A stretch of DNA of 40,000 bases from Hahella sp. HNIBRBA332 (GCF_030719035.1 NZ_CP132203.1:1454579-1494578), one strand, 5' to 3'. Counted from the stretch's first letter, positions 26,625 through 34,778 are shown. Notes: generated by a model not told the origin, from the letters alone. Numbers and translations are program-made.

Positions 26625-28455
26625 GTGTGCCGCAGCAAGCTGCGGGAGAGATGAGGGATTGTGACCCCTCGTCATCGGCATACAGGTGCTGATGACAAAC
26701 CACCTTATGCGGCGATGGCCAAAAGCCGTGGTCGTGAGCGATAAGGAAAAGGCGCCAATAAGGCGTCAGGTGTGAAACAGGAAGACGAACAACCGTGAAC
26801 CGCCGTTCAATTGTCGAAACCACTCAGATGATACCAAAACCGGGGAGTGATGTTGCTCCGGGATCAGTGCGGACAGTGCCTGTTGATGGGCCGCATGGTA
26901 TCCGGCAGAGAGGCGGCGTGATCCTGTTTTGGGCTCTCTCATGGAACTGCGGGAACCTTCGATGGCAATGCCAAGGGAAAAGCACAAGCTCACAAGGCGA
27001 GGCCGATAGTACCGATGTGTCATCAAGGGGCGGAGCCGCTCGTAGTAGCATTGAAGGGGCTGTAATGGCCGTGGAGCGAAGGGGCGGCGTCATTCAGCCG
27101 AGCTTGTTGGTCAACTGCGCGAGCAGGATGAACTGATGAGTAAGGCAAAGCCATTTGTGATTGAGAAGTCTCTAGTTTGGGAGGCGTTCAAAGATGTTAG
27201 AGCGAACCGAGGAGTAGCGGGAGTCGATGGACAGTCGCTGCAGCAGTTTGAGCAGCGTTTGGGGCCGAACCTTTATCGGATCTGGAATCGCCTGTCGTCG
27301 GGGAGCTATTTTCCTCCGGCGGTCAGGGGTGTCGCGATCCCAAAGAAGAGCGGCGGCGAGCGTGTTCTGGGTATCCCGACGGTATCGGATCGTATCGCGC
27401 AGACAGTGGCGAAGAAGATTTTTGAACCCCTGGTAGAGCCGATCTTCCATGAAAACTCCTACGGCTATAGGCCCAATCGTTCAGCGCATGATGCGCTGAC
27501 GACGGTGCGGCGGCGATGCTGGGAGTATGATTGGGTGATTGAGTTTGATATCAAAGGGTTGTTCGATAATATCGACCATGACCTGCTGATGCGTGCGGTG
27601 AGACGCCACTGTCAGATACCTTGGGTGGCGCTCTACATTGAGCGCTGGTTAAAAGCGCCGATGGTAGGTCCAGATGGGCAAGAACAGCAACGCGATCGGG
27701 GTACCCCTCAAGGGGGTGTGATCAGTCCGGTGCTAGCCAACCTGTTTCTGCACTACGCACTGGATCGTTGGATCAAAGAGCGCTGTCGAAGCGTGCGATT
27801 GTGTCGCTATGCGGATGATGGTGTGATCCACTGCAAAAGCCAGCGTCAAGCTGAATGGGTGCTTGCCCAAGTCAGTCGGCGATTGGTTGACTGTGGCTTG
27901 CAGATCCATCCGGGGAAAACGCGCATTGTGTATTGTAAGGATGTCAATCGTACGACCAATCACGAGAGCATTGAGTTCAGCTTTCTGGGTTACAGTTTTC
28001 GTCCTCGAAAAGCAGTGGACAAATACGGGCGCGTTTACGTCAACTTCTTACCGGCAGTCAGTCCAGCAGCCTTGAAAGACATGCGGCGGAAAATCCGTAG
28101 TTGGCGCTTGCAGTTAAAGAACGACAAGTCGCTGATGGATTTATCACGTATGTTTAACCCTGTACTGAGAGGGTGGTGGCAATACTATGGACGGTTCTAT
28201 CGTTCAAAGCTGGAGGCTGTTGGTAAGGGCTTCGATGGATATCTGGTTCGGTGGCTAATGCGCAAGTTCAAATCCTTCGCAAGGCGCAAAACCAGAGCAT
28301 GGCGATACCTTGATACACTGAAACAACGTTACCCGCATGCCTTCGTGCACTGGAGTAACCAAGCAAAAGGCCGAATGATGGGAGCCGTATGACGCGAGAG
28401 TGTCATGTACGGTTCTGCGAGGGGCTGGCGGTGAGAGTCCGCCGGCCTACTCACC
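26625..28455 (+). mobile_element. group II intron (same orientation as orfB)
   Basis: 5' GTGTGC (GUGYG). Domain V-like hairpin GAGCCGTATGAC-GCGAGAG-TGTCATGTACGGTTC at 28382-28415. RT/maturase ORF in the domain IV position. Boundaries come from alignment with intact copy 1; the 3' end is +/-1 nt because the AC dinucleotide is at 28453-28454. Confidence 0.85.
27136..28392 (+). CDS. group II intron reverse transcriptase/maturase (no recognisable endonuclease domain)
   Basis: 418 aa. RT blocks including [23 protein letters not shown] and [10 protein letters not shown] (YADD). Maturase X region [11 protein letters not shown]. Ends without an HNH motif. Confidence 0.9.
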   Translation: MSKAKPFVIEKSLVWEAFKDVRANRGVAGVDGQSLQQFEQRLGPNLYRIWNRLSSGSYFPPAVRGVAIPKKSGGERVLGIPTVSDRIAQTVAKKIFEPLVEPIFHENSYGYRPNRSAHDALTTVRRRCWEYDWVIEFDIKGLFDNIDHDLLMRAVRRHCQIPWVALYIERWLKAPMVGPDGQEQQRDRGTPQGGVISPVLANLFLHYALDRWIKERCRSVRLCRYADDGVIHCKSQRQAEWVLAQVSRRLVDCGLQIHPGKTRIVYCKDVNRTTNHESIEFSFLGYSFRPRKAVDKYGRVYVNFLPAVSPAALKDMRRKIRSWRLQLKNDKSLMDLSRMFNPVLRGWWQYYGRFYRSKLEAVGKGFDGYLVRWLMRKFKSFARRKTRAWRYLDTLKQRYPHAFVHWSNQAKGRMMGAV

Positions 28456-28913
28456 CCTATTTGTGGACGGAAGAAGGTTGGCTGTATCTAGCCGTCGTGC
28501 TGGACCTGTTCAGCCGTAAAGTCATAGGCTGGGCGATGAGCGAGCGAATGAAATCGGAGCTGGTCTGTGACGCTTTGCGCATGGCGTTGTGGCGTCGACG
28601 TCAACCCAAAGGGGTGATCGTCCATTCAGATCGAGGTTCCCAATATTGCTCAGAAGCCTATCAGACGTTGATTCAGGCGCATGGGCTTCGTTGCAGCATG
28701 AGCGGCAAAGGCAATTGCTATGACAATGCCTGTGTGGAAAGCTTCTTTCACTCCCTGAAAGTGGAAGCGATTCACGGAGAGCGGTACGCAACCCGACAAG
28801 AAATGCGTGAAGCCGTGTTTGAGTATATCGAAGTGGATTACAATCGAATCCGCCTTCATAGCGCAAATGGCTATCTCAGCCCAGAGAGTTATGAAGCATC
28901 GAAAGTCGCTTAA
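28456..28913 (+). pseudogene. IS3 orfB, 3' exon
   Basis: (T)[14 protein letters not shown]... to the end matches copy 1 OrfB with one substitution (K to E). Track ORF 28389-28913 is an artefactual extension into the intron. Confidence 0.85.
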
Positions 28914-28962
28914 TGACGTGTCTAATCTTTGTGGGCAGGATCAGTTAGGGCTAAAATAGATC

Positions 28963-29178
28963 ATGCTCAAGAATCCAAATGATTGGAAGAAAGCTGCGGA
29001 TAGACTGGGAGAGCTTTTAAATTCTGAAGTTGAACTTGGAGATGCTCTTCGCAGTATGCGTGAGATCGAAGGGTTTTCAGCCCTAGATTTAATAAAGTCT
29101 GTGTCTGAAGTCTGTAACCTGGAATCTTCTGACGCAGCAAGAATTGTGGCGCGAGAAGTTACGATGAGATCAAGTTAA
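28963..29178 (+). CDS. integron cassette ORF, hypothetical (71 aa)
   Basis: ORF track. First ORF after GTTAGGG at 28944. AT-rich. Confidence 0.5.
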   Translation: MLKNPNDWKKAADRLGELLNSEVELGDALRSMREIEGFSALDLIKSVSEVCNLESSDAARIVAREVTMRSS

Positions 29179-29273
29179 GATGATATTCAAATCGTCCATA
29201 TTTTTGGTGCGGCGATATATGCATGTGAGCATTTTTTTATATTGTTCATAAAAAATGGCTATTGCATAGTGTC

Positions 29274-29327
29274 TTTAAACAGGTTGTTGGTGTTGTCGCA
29301 GGTTGCCCACTGATGCGGGCGTTATAG
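29274..29327 (+). repeat. attC site 1 (short, weaker)
   Basis: R''-like TTTAAAC ... GGTGTTGTCGC core shared with attC 2/10/15 ... R' GTTATAG. Confidence 0.5.
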
Positions 29328-29337
29328 GTAAATCAGA

Positions 29338-29712
29338 ATGAGCTTTACTGTTGATTTGATTCTTACGGACATTCCTGAAAACAATAAGGATGCATGGTCG
29401 TTTATAGAGCAGTTACGAGAGGAATATTATGAAGACAAATCTGGCGCCCATTCTAAATTACAAGAATTCAACGAAGATTTGACAAAGAAGTACCCTTGTC
29501 TTTGCAGCTTCGCTGATGACGATCCTGAAATGGAAAATAGCCCATGGGCTGATGGCCCCATGATGGAAAATTTCGCAAGCAAAATGGGAATGGTGGCAAT
29601 AGTTTGGTCTAGAGCTGATGAAGTATTCCCATTTGTTTTAGATAGCGCACTAGCATTGGACATAATCGTTGCTGATGGGCAAAGTGAAAAAATCTACCGC
29701 CCTGGTATGTGA
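29338..29712 (+). CDS. integron cassette ORF, acidic hypothetical protein (124 aa)
   Basis: ORF track. Starts 11 nt after the attC 1 R' box. Confidence 0.6.
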   Translation: MSFTVDLILTDIPENNKDAWSFIEQLREEYYEDKSGAHSKLQEFNEDLTKKYPCLCSFADDDPEMENSPWADGPMMENFASKMGMVAIVWSRADEVFPFVLDSALALDIIVADGQSEKIYRPGM

Positions 29713-29755
29713 ACAGAAGCTCAGAATAAACCATGGTGGATAATTTGGTAACAAC

Positions 29756-29839
29756 CTATAACAAGGCGGTGTTGTCGCCTTCGGCTGGGACTGCCATTCC
29801 GCTGGCGCTCCATGTCAGCCCCAAACCACGGCGTTATAC
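29756..29839 (+). repeat. attC site 2
   Basis: R'' CTATAAC, AAGGCGGTGTTGTCGCCTTCGGCTGGGAC..., R' GTTATAC. Near-identical to attC 15. Confidence 0.85.
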
Positions 29840-29842
29840 GCT

Positions 29843-30337
29843 ATGAAAAAATTCACCATCGTACTATTAATGATCATCGCAGGATGTAGTGATTCTAAAA
29901 TGGATGCACCATTACTCAAAGATATGACGTCTATCAATTACACTAGGCATGAATTCTATCATCCACCTGAAAATGTGAATGGAGATCTTCTGACCTTAGT
30001 CTATGACATTCCTTATTTTGGGGCCTGTGGCGTATTTCCACCTTTACATATTGCTAATCAAACATTTTCTAGCGGTGGAGGTGATGGAGGAATGAGTCCG
30101 GGGGCATCTTGGAATCCATTTACGATAAGCCAAAACCAATATGATATTTTGCTAAATCAAGTTTTAGAAACACCAACGAGTGAATTAGAAGGGAAGTCGA
30201 GATTTAACGATGTAAAATTTATTCGTGATGATTCATTTGATAACATTCAAGATCAATTTGATTGGCTAGAGGCAGTTTGCGTTAAACATCGTGAACGCTA
30301 CAGATTGGAAAATGAAAAGTATCAAAAAGGCGTATAG
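29843..30337 (+). CDS. integron cassette ORF, putative lipoprotein (164 aa)
   Basis: Signal peptide with lipobox IIAGC. Confidence 0.65.
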   Translation: MKKFTIVLLMIIAGCSDSKMDAPLLKDMTSINYTRHEFYHPPENVNGDLLTLVYDIPYFGACGVFPPLHIANQTFSSGGGDGGMSPGASWNPFTISQNQYDILLNQVLETPTSELEGKSRFNDVKFIRDDSFDNIQDQFDWLEAVCVKHRERYRLENEKYQKGV

Positions 30338-30382
30338 CAAGGCGCTGCAACCGACCTCCGGCGGCTGAGCGCGGCGTTAAAT
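30332..30382 (+). repeat. attC site 3 (short; degenerate R'')
   Basis: GTATAGC AAGGCGCTGC...GAGCGCGGC GTTAAAT. Confidence 0.6.
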
Positions 30383-30397
30383 GCTAAGAGAGATTGC

Positions 30398-30715
30398 ATG
30401 AAGTTTACATATCCGCTTCCTACTCACAAGACTGGTGGCTTCTATCCTCCCACTGGGAAATGCGGTTATTGTGGCAATTCGAATGAAGGCAACTTTGTAG
30501 TTATTTCGCAAAGTGCTATGGAAAAAATTCCAGGAACCAATTCATACGCGCCAGCCGACGTGATTACAAGCTTTTCACTACTTGATCATGGTGTAACAAA
30601 AACTGGTCAAGGTATAACAATTTTTGAAAATACTAATGATGCGTTTTTTTGCTCAACTGAATGCCTTCGTAACTTTCTTAACGCCATAGTCGATGATTTT
30701 GAGGCGGGCAAGTAA
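30398..30715 (+). CDS. integron cassette ORF, Cys4 zinc-ribbon-like protein (105 aa)
   Basis: CGYCG near the N-terminus and CSTEC near the C-terminus. Confidence 0.6.
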   Translation: MKFTYPLPTHKTGGFYPPTGKCGYCGNSNEGNFVVISQSAMEKIPGTNSYAPADVITSFSLLDHGVTKTGQGITIFENTNDAFFCSTECLRNFLNAIVDDFEAGK

Positions 30716-30719
30716 ATGC

Positions 30720-30792
30720 ATTTAACAAACAAAGGCAGCATCGCCCTGCGGGCTGGACGCGCCAACGCGCGCCGCTGCTTTGGACGTTAAAT
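30720..30792 (+). repeat. attC site 4
   Basis: R'' ATTTAAC and R' GTTAAAT are exact complements. GC-rich imperfect palindrome between them. Confidence 0.85.
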
Positions 30793-30808
30793 TTCTCCAG
30801 GTATCGAG

Positions 30809-31160
30809 ATGAAGTGTTATAAACACCAAGATATAGATGCAATCGGATTGTGCAAAAGCTGCCACAAGGGAGTATGTCCCGAGTGTTCGGCGCTAGTAGG
30901 CGGGTCTGTGGCGTGTGCAGAATCTTGCCGCCCTCAATTACATGGTTGAGCGTGGCAAGAAAGTTTATAAGAATCTGGGTAAGCAATGGGGTCCTTCCGT
31001 AATCCTAAACGGTGTTGGTGGTGTATTCTTCCTGGGCTTCGGCCTATACAATTTTGGCCGATCTTCATCTTGGCTTCTAATCGGCCTTGGTGCAATTATG
31101 ATTGTTGGCGGTATTATGAGTGCAGTTCAAGGAAAGCGCATAGGCGAGCAAAAAAATTAA
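30809..31160 (+). pseudogene. cassette gene for a zinc-ribbon plus 2-TM membrane protein, frameshifted
   Basis: ATG 30809 gives MKCYKHQDIDAIGLCKSCHKGVCPECSALVGGSVACAESC, then a stop at 30947-30949. The +1 frame (track ORF 30915-31160) continues ..AALNYMVERGKK.. into two TM helices. Skipping one C near 30929-30933 joins them. Confidence 0.6.
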
Positions 31161-31247
31161 CAAGTCAATGAATATCACCCCTTCGGGGCTGGACCTACAC
31201 TCCGCGGCTTCGTCGCTGTGTTCCGGCCTTTTATTGAGGCGTTATGT
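31155..31247 (+). repeat. attC site 5
   Basis: R'' AATTAAC (contains the ORF stop TAA) ... R' GTTATGT. Confidence 0.8.
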
Positions 31248-31271
31248 CAATAAGGTGACTATTACATATAT

Positions 31272-31721
31272 ATGGGTAAGAAAAATTTCCATTTAATTAC
31301 AGAAGAGCGAACTCAAAGTTGTTTTTCTGCGCGAAGCTTTATATTGGAGCATCAAGAAAATCTATTTTTCTTAGTAGACTACTTCAGAGTACGTTTAAAT
31401 ACTGGAGCCAGTTTTTATGGAAATGCCGATACTGAGCCTGTTAAGAGCCAGTCGCATATCTATGGCTGTTCCAGTTGTGAGCGCTGGTTAAACAACGAAG
31501 TACCAAGAAAGTACACTGCAAGGCCATTCGCGATGGCACATTATTGTTGTAGCGGGATGTATGTGGCTGTAGAGGAAAATGAGCAATGCATGAATAGTAT
31601 CGTTAAATTTGATGAGTTTGCTACTTCTGATGGTGGCCAATGGCGTATTGGAAACTTGTTTATTTCATTTTGCCCATGGTGCGGAATAAGATTGCCTTAT
31701 AAGTCATTTAGGGATTGTTAG
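31272..31721 (+). CDS. integron cassette ORF, Cys-rich hypothetical protein (149 aa)
   Basis: ORF track. CSSC and CPWC pairs suggest a zinc ribbon. Confidence 0.6.
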   Translation: MGKKNFHLITEERTQSCFSARSFILEHQENLFFLVDYFRVRLNTGASFYGNADTEPVKSQSHIYGCSSCERWLNNEVPRKYTARPFAMAHYCCSGMYVAVEENEQCMNSIVKFDEFATSDGGQWRIGNLFISFCPWCGIRLPYKSFRDC

Positions 31722-31802
31722 TCTTTTAAATGCGCAATTTGGAAATGAGAAGTTATCGGTTTCGTGTAATTTAGACTTAACAAAAAGCTCAAAAGGACAA
31801 AT

Positions 31803-32093
31803 ATGGATAGAGAGTCTTTCAAAAAATCTATAGTTGATGACCTTTTGTCTTATAAAGATTACTGGGCTGAATATTCGGATACTGTTGATCCTCTGAGGGT
31901 TATAAACTGGATCTCCTCGGAGAATGAAGATGGCTACTATGAATATTTCCTGTGTGTAATTGACCAGGTTGCAGCAAGAAAAGGGCGAGAAATAGAGAAA
32001 GTGTTAACCCATGCAGGTGCTGAGTCTCTTTACCCTTTGGCAAAAATAAAAGTAAATTCGGCTTCGCAAAAAATGGAAGTTAAAGGTATATGA
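31803..32093 (+). CDS. integron cassette ORF, acidic hypothetical protein (96 aa)
   Basis: ORF track. Preceded by an attC 5' remnant (ACTTAAC at 31775-31781) with no R' box. Confidence 0.6.
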   Translation: MDRESFKKSIVDDLLSYKDYWAEYSDTVDPLRVINWISSENEDGYYEYFLCVIDQVAARKGREIEKVLTHAGAESLYPLAKIKVNSASQKMEVKGI

Positions 32094-32109
32094 AAGCGAC
32101 TGTATCAAA

Positions 32110-32155
32110 ACCTAACAAGCGGCATCAGTCTGACAGCCAGTGCCGGGCGTTAACT
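32110..32155 (+). repeat. attC site 6 (short)
   Basis: R'' ACCTAAC AAGCGGCATCAG...CAGTGCCGGGC R' GTTAACT. Confidence 0.7.
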
Positions 32156-32160
32156 GTCAT

Positions 32161-32451
32161 ATGAGCTTCAGAGAAAAATTAGAGAAGAAGTGGAAGATTA
32201 CTATCGCCTTGTTAAGCGAGGCTCGCGTAGTTCTTTGTGAATGTCAGGGTGTTGGCAAATATATCGCCGAGTACGATGAATACCTTGATCACAACGAGCT
32301 AGAACTAGCTCTGGACATGCTAGAAGAAGCTGCACTTGAGGCAACGAGTAAGCCACCAAAAGAGATTTGGGCAAAGCTCAAAGAGGCTGCGAAGTCTATG
32401 GGATTAGAGGATCGCTGTGAATTCTACAATCAGCAAATACAAAACAGTTAA
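32161..32451 (+). CDS. integron cassette ORF, MafI-like immunity protein candidate (96 aa)
   Basis: Start trimmed to the ATG after attC 6. The helical ..EYDEYLDHNELELALDMLEE.. plus ..KEAAKSMGLED.. pattern resembles what I recall of MafI-family immunity proteins (unverified). Confidence 0.55.
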   Translation: MSFREKLEKKWKITIALLSEARVVLCECQGVGKYIAEYDEYLDHNELELALDMLEEAALEATSKPPKEIWAKLKEAAKSMGLEDRCEFYNQQIQNS

Positions 32452-32523
32452 CAAAGCCAAGCAGCATCGCGCACTACGTGCGCTGGACCTCGCTACGCTC
32501 GGCCGCTGTTGGCGGCGTTAATC
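32446..32523 (+). repeat. attC site 7
   Basis: R'' AGTTAAC (contains the stop TAA) ... R' GTTAATC. Close relative of attC 18. Confidence 0.85.
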
Positions 32524-32526
32524 AGT

Positions 32527-32814
32527 ATGCATAGCCAACAGATACAAAAATTGATTGATGCTGTAAGGAAAGAGTTTGGAGAAATTCATTACTTTGGATC
32601 TTCCAAAGAAGAGAGACACGGAGTTGGATTCGCGATTTCCGATGTCAAAGCTACGTTTGCTATCTCTACATTGGGTGGTGACCTAAAGAGCAGTTACGAT
32701 ATTCAAGTAGAAGGTATACCCGCTGGTGAGTATATTTTTACTAATGAAGTTTCACTGGATGAATTTTTGAATCTCGTGAAGATATTTAGAGGTCCTGAGA
32801 GTGAGTGGCCATGA
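32527..32814 (+). CDS. integron cassette ORF, hypothetical (95 aa)
   Basis: Start trimmed to the first ATG after the attC 7 R' box. Confidence 0.6.
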   Translation: MHSQQIQKLIDAVRKEFGEIHYFGSSKEERHGVGFAISDVKATFAISTLGGDLKSSYDIQVEGIPAGEYIFTNEVSLDEFLNLVKIFRGPESEWP

Positions 32815-32818
32815 ATAC

Positions 32819-32892
32819 ACCTAACAAGTCAAACCAGCAAGGGCCCTTCGGGCCGGGACGCGCTTGCGCGCCACCTGTTCGAGGCGTTAAGT
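32819..32892 (+). repeat. attC site 8
   Basis: R'' ACCTAAC ... GGGCCCTTCGGGCC hairpin ... R' GTTAAGT. Confidence 0.85.
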
Positions 32893-32910
32893 TAAGTGTC
32901 AGGCGTAACG

Positions 32911-33189
32911 ATGAAAATTATTAGACCAAAAACAGAGATCTTGTGGTTAGGAACAGTGGATGATGGAAAGAAGCTACTTATTAATTCCGAAATCGAAGGG
33001 GTTTCCTATGACCTGATTACTGTTACCGCCGATGATGAGGATGAGTCGCTTTGGTTTGAAATTGTAGTGAACGATTACGTGGTGCAGATACCTATGTCAG
33101 TTGTACAAAAGGCAATCGAATCTGCATCTGATGAAGTTCATTCGGAATCTTGGTATGAGAAAAATGTATACACAAACAACGACACTTAA
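32911..33189 (+). CDS. integron cassette ORF, acidic hypothetical (92 aa)
   Basis: Start trimmed to the ATG at 32911. Confidence 0.6.
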   Translation: MKIIRPKTEILWLGTVDDGKKLLINSEIEGVSYDLITVTADDEDESLWFEIVVNDYVVQIPMSVVQKAIESASDEVHSESWYEKNVYTNNDT

Positions 33190-33240
33190 CAAACGCAAGC
33201 AGCCGATTCGCTACGCTCTCGGCTGTTGCTGGCGTTATAG
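33184..33240 (+). repeat. attC site 9
   Basis: R'' ACTTAAC (contains the stop TAA) ... R' GTTATAG. 57 bp. Confidence 0.8.
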
Positions 33241-33249
33241 GTAATCGAA

Positions 33250-33489
33250 TTGGATAAAGAAATCAAAAATTTATTAGGAAAGTTGTGCGTAGACTTGGGG
33301 TTCTGTTTACCGCCTATAGAGCAAGATCGCATCGCATCTCTTGGAGTTTGGAGGGCGGACGAATTTGCGAGGGATGTTATTTCTAGTGAAGGGCTTAATC
33401 CAGAGTATGAGAATAAATGGTTCCGAGAAATTCGAAATCGATTTGTTGCTCATTTTGGTAGTAACGAGTATGAAAGCAAAAATTCATAA
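33250..33489 (+). CDS. integron cassette ORF, hypothetical (79 aa), TTG start
   Basis: ORF track. No in-frame ATG exists in the cassette. Confidence 0.45.
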   Translation: MDKEIKNLLGKLCVDLGFCLPPIEQDRIASLGVWRADEFARDVISSEGLNPEYENKWFREIRNRFVAHFGSNEYESKNS

Positions 33490-33561
33490 CTAGGCGTGGG
33501 GTTGTCGCCTTCGGCTGGGACGGCGCATAAAAGCGCGCCACCCCAACACTTGGCGTTATAT
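33484..33561 (+). repeat. attC site 10
   Basis: R'' TCATAAC (contains the stop TAA), GGGGTTGTCGCCTTCGGCTGGGAC core, R' GTTATAT. Confidence 0.85.
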
Positions 33562-33581
33562 TTTCTTGAGAATGATTTGAG

Positions 33582-33869
33582 ATGGATTTTCACCTTACTT
33601 TGATGCTTCTTCCATATTGGTTAATACTGCTTTCCTTTCTGATTTGGGGTGGGAAGGGTAGCGATTCTGAGCTGTTAGTAACAGACCGTTTAGCCCTATC
33701 TTTGAAGTTCATTGGTGGTACTTGTGCAATAACTTTTATCTTGACGTTCATAGGTGGTACAACACTTGAGTTTTATGTGCCAGACTCATTTAAGCTGGGC
33801 GTTAGTTACTTGTTACCCATGGTTTTCTGTGGTCGAATATTGGAAAAATATAAGCGGTCTAAAAAATAA
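33582..33869 (+). CDS. integron cassette ORF, membrane protein (95 aa, about 3 TM)
   Basis: ORF track. Hydrophobic helices. Confidence 0.6.
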   Translation: MDFHLTLMLLPYWLILLSFLIWGGKGSDSELLVTDRLALSLKFIGGTCAITFILTFIGGTTLEFYVPDSFKLGVSYLLPMVFCGRILEKYKRSKK

Positions 33870-33985
33870 TATAACAAGCCGTTCAATCCGAAGCCCAACC
33901 TACGCTTCGTTTCGCCCATGTGCTGCGCACATTCTATGGGCTACACTACGCTCTCGGTTAGGCTCGGGTTAACGGAGCGTTATGT
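33869..33985 (+). repeat. attC site 11 (long)
   Basis: R'' ATATAAC ... R' GTTATGT. 117 bp. Confidence 0.75.
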
Positions 33986-34055
33986 GGAATAGCGAGTTTA
34001 AGCTAAGGAGTTCATTATCAATTGTAATCTTCATGGCAAAACGCAGCCTGCAATT

Positions 34056-34277
34056 TTGTGTTCTCATTTAGCGCAAGAAGGCCGCACCAAGCAAGTAGGT
34101 TGGATTCAAGCAGAGTACGATATTAACTCTAGAGAGCCTGGAGACTTGATGGCTTGGTGTGATGAATGTGATAAAACTTATGAAGCAGATAATGGTTGGA
34201 ATGATGAAAACGATTCTCACTTTAAGGTAGTCTGTTCTTCTTGTTTTGAAGAAATATGTGAAATTCAATCCGTTTGA
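34056..34277 (+). CDS. integron cassette ORF, Cys-rich protein, paralogue of 39530-39805; true start uncertain
   Basis: The frame is open from 34002. Upstream in-frame codons read ..NCNLHGKTQPAILCSHL.., aligning with ..DCEKHGRGIAATVCCHL.. of the paralogue. There is no ATG; AAGGAG at 34005-34010 is followed by ATT/ATC codons. Confidence 0.5.
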   Translation: MCSHLAQEGRTKQVGWIQAEYDINSREPGDLMAWCDECDKTYEADNGWNDENDSHFKVVCSSCFEEICEIQSV

Positions 34278-34282
34278 ATTCC

Positions 34283-34376
34283 ACATAACCAGTTGCAGCT
34301 GCAGATGTCGCTAGCTGTCACAAATTTTGTTCCAAAATTTTCGCCAGCCGCGCCGCGGCTGTGCAAAGCGTTAGGC
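34283..34376 (+). repeat. attC site 12
   Basis: R'' ACATAAC ... R' GTTAGGC. Confidence 0.8.
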
Positions 34377-34382
34377 AACAAT

Positions 34383-34676
34383 ATGAATGACTTCCCAATA
34401 AAAGAAAACGCTGATGAACGAGTATTAATTTGTTGCCATTTGATGGATGGTGCTGAATTACATTGGGTACATCATCTACCAGAAGAACAGTGTGTATGGA
34501 ACTTCATGTGTGCGAAAGAGCATGAACGATCTGATATGGTTCAAAAAACGTTGGAAGAAGCATGTCGGTTATTTCCAGAAATCGGAGAGCTAGCAGACGT
34601 GCCTCACGATATGGATGTATCGTTTAAAAAGGGTAAAAACACAGGTAAATGGTATGATTTTCACCGCAGTAACTAG
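34383..34676 (+). CDS. integron cassette ORF, hypothetical (97 aa)
   Basis: Start trimmed to the ATG at 34383, after attC 12 (track start 34293 lies inside the attC). Confidence 0.6.
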   Translation: MNDFPIKENADERVLICCHLMDGAELHWVHHLPEEQCVWNFMCAKEHERSDMVQKTLEEACRLFPEIGELADVPHDMDVSFKKGKNTGKWYDFHRSN

Positions 34677-34679
34677 CAT

Positions 34680-34778
34680 GCCTAACAAAGCGCTAAAATT
34701 CGTTCCGGCCGCAAAAAGCACGGCCTCCACCAGATAGTCTACGCGCTGCTTCGCCTGCCGTTTAGCTTTGCGTTAGGC
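34680..34778 (+). repeat. attC site 13
   Basis: R'' GCCTAAC and R' GTTAGGC are exact complements. 99 bp. Confidence 0.9.

Larger units (their letters stand above)
25857..28943 (+). mobile_element. IS3-family insertion sequence, copy 2, interrupted by a group II intron
   Basis: Same termini as copy 1. 3087 bp minus the 1831-bp intron gives 1256 bp, colinear with copy 1 apart from a few substitutions. Flanks are ATA / GTT, so there is no target duplication. Confidence 0.9.

Noticed and set aside
27136-28392. Reverse transcriptase as a retron/DRT/Abi-type defence RT
   Set aside because: It sits inside an element with a GUGUG 5' end and a domain V hairpin, and it has a maturase X region. Excising the element restores the IS transposase gene. 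It is a group II intron protein.
28389-28913. Track ORF 28389-28913 as an independent 174-aa gene
   Set aside because: From 28456 it is the 3' exon of IS3 orfB. The first 22 codons are read-through of intron domains V-VI.
416-28943. The two copies of the first IS forming a composite transposon carrying the island and phage
   Set aside because: Copy 1 has its own intact 3-bp duplication (GAA/GAA). The outer flanks of the pair (GAA at 413-415, GTT at 28944-28946) do not match. No evidence of joint transposition was seen.
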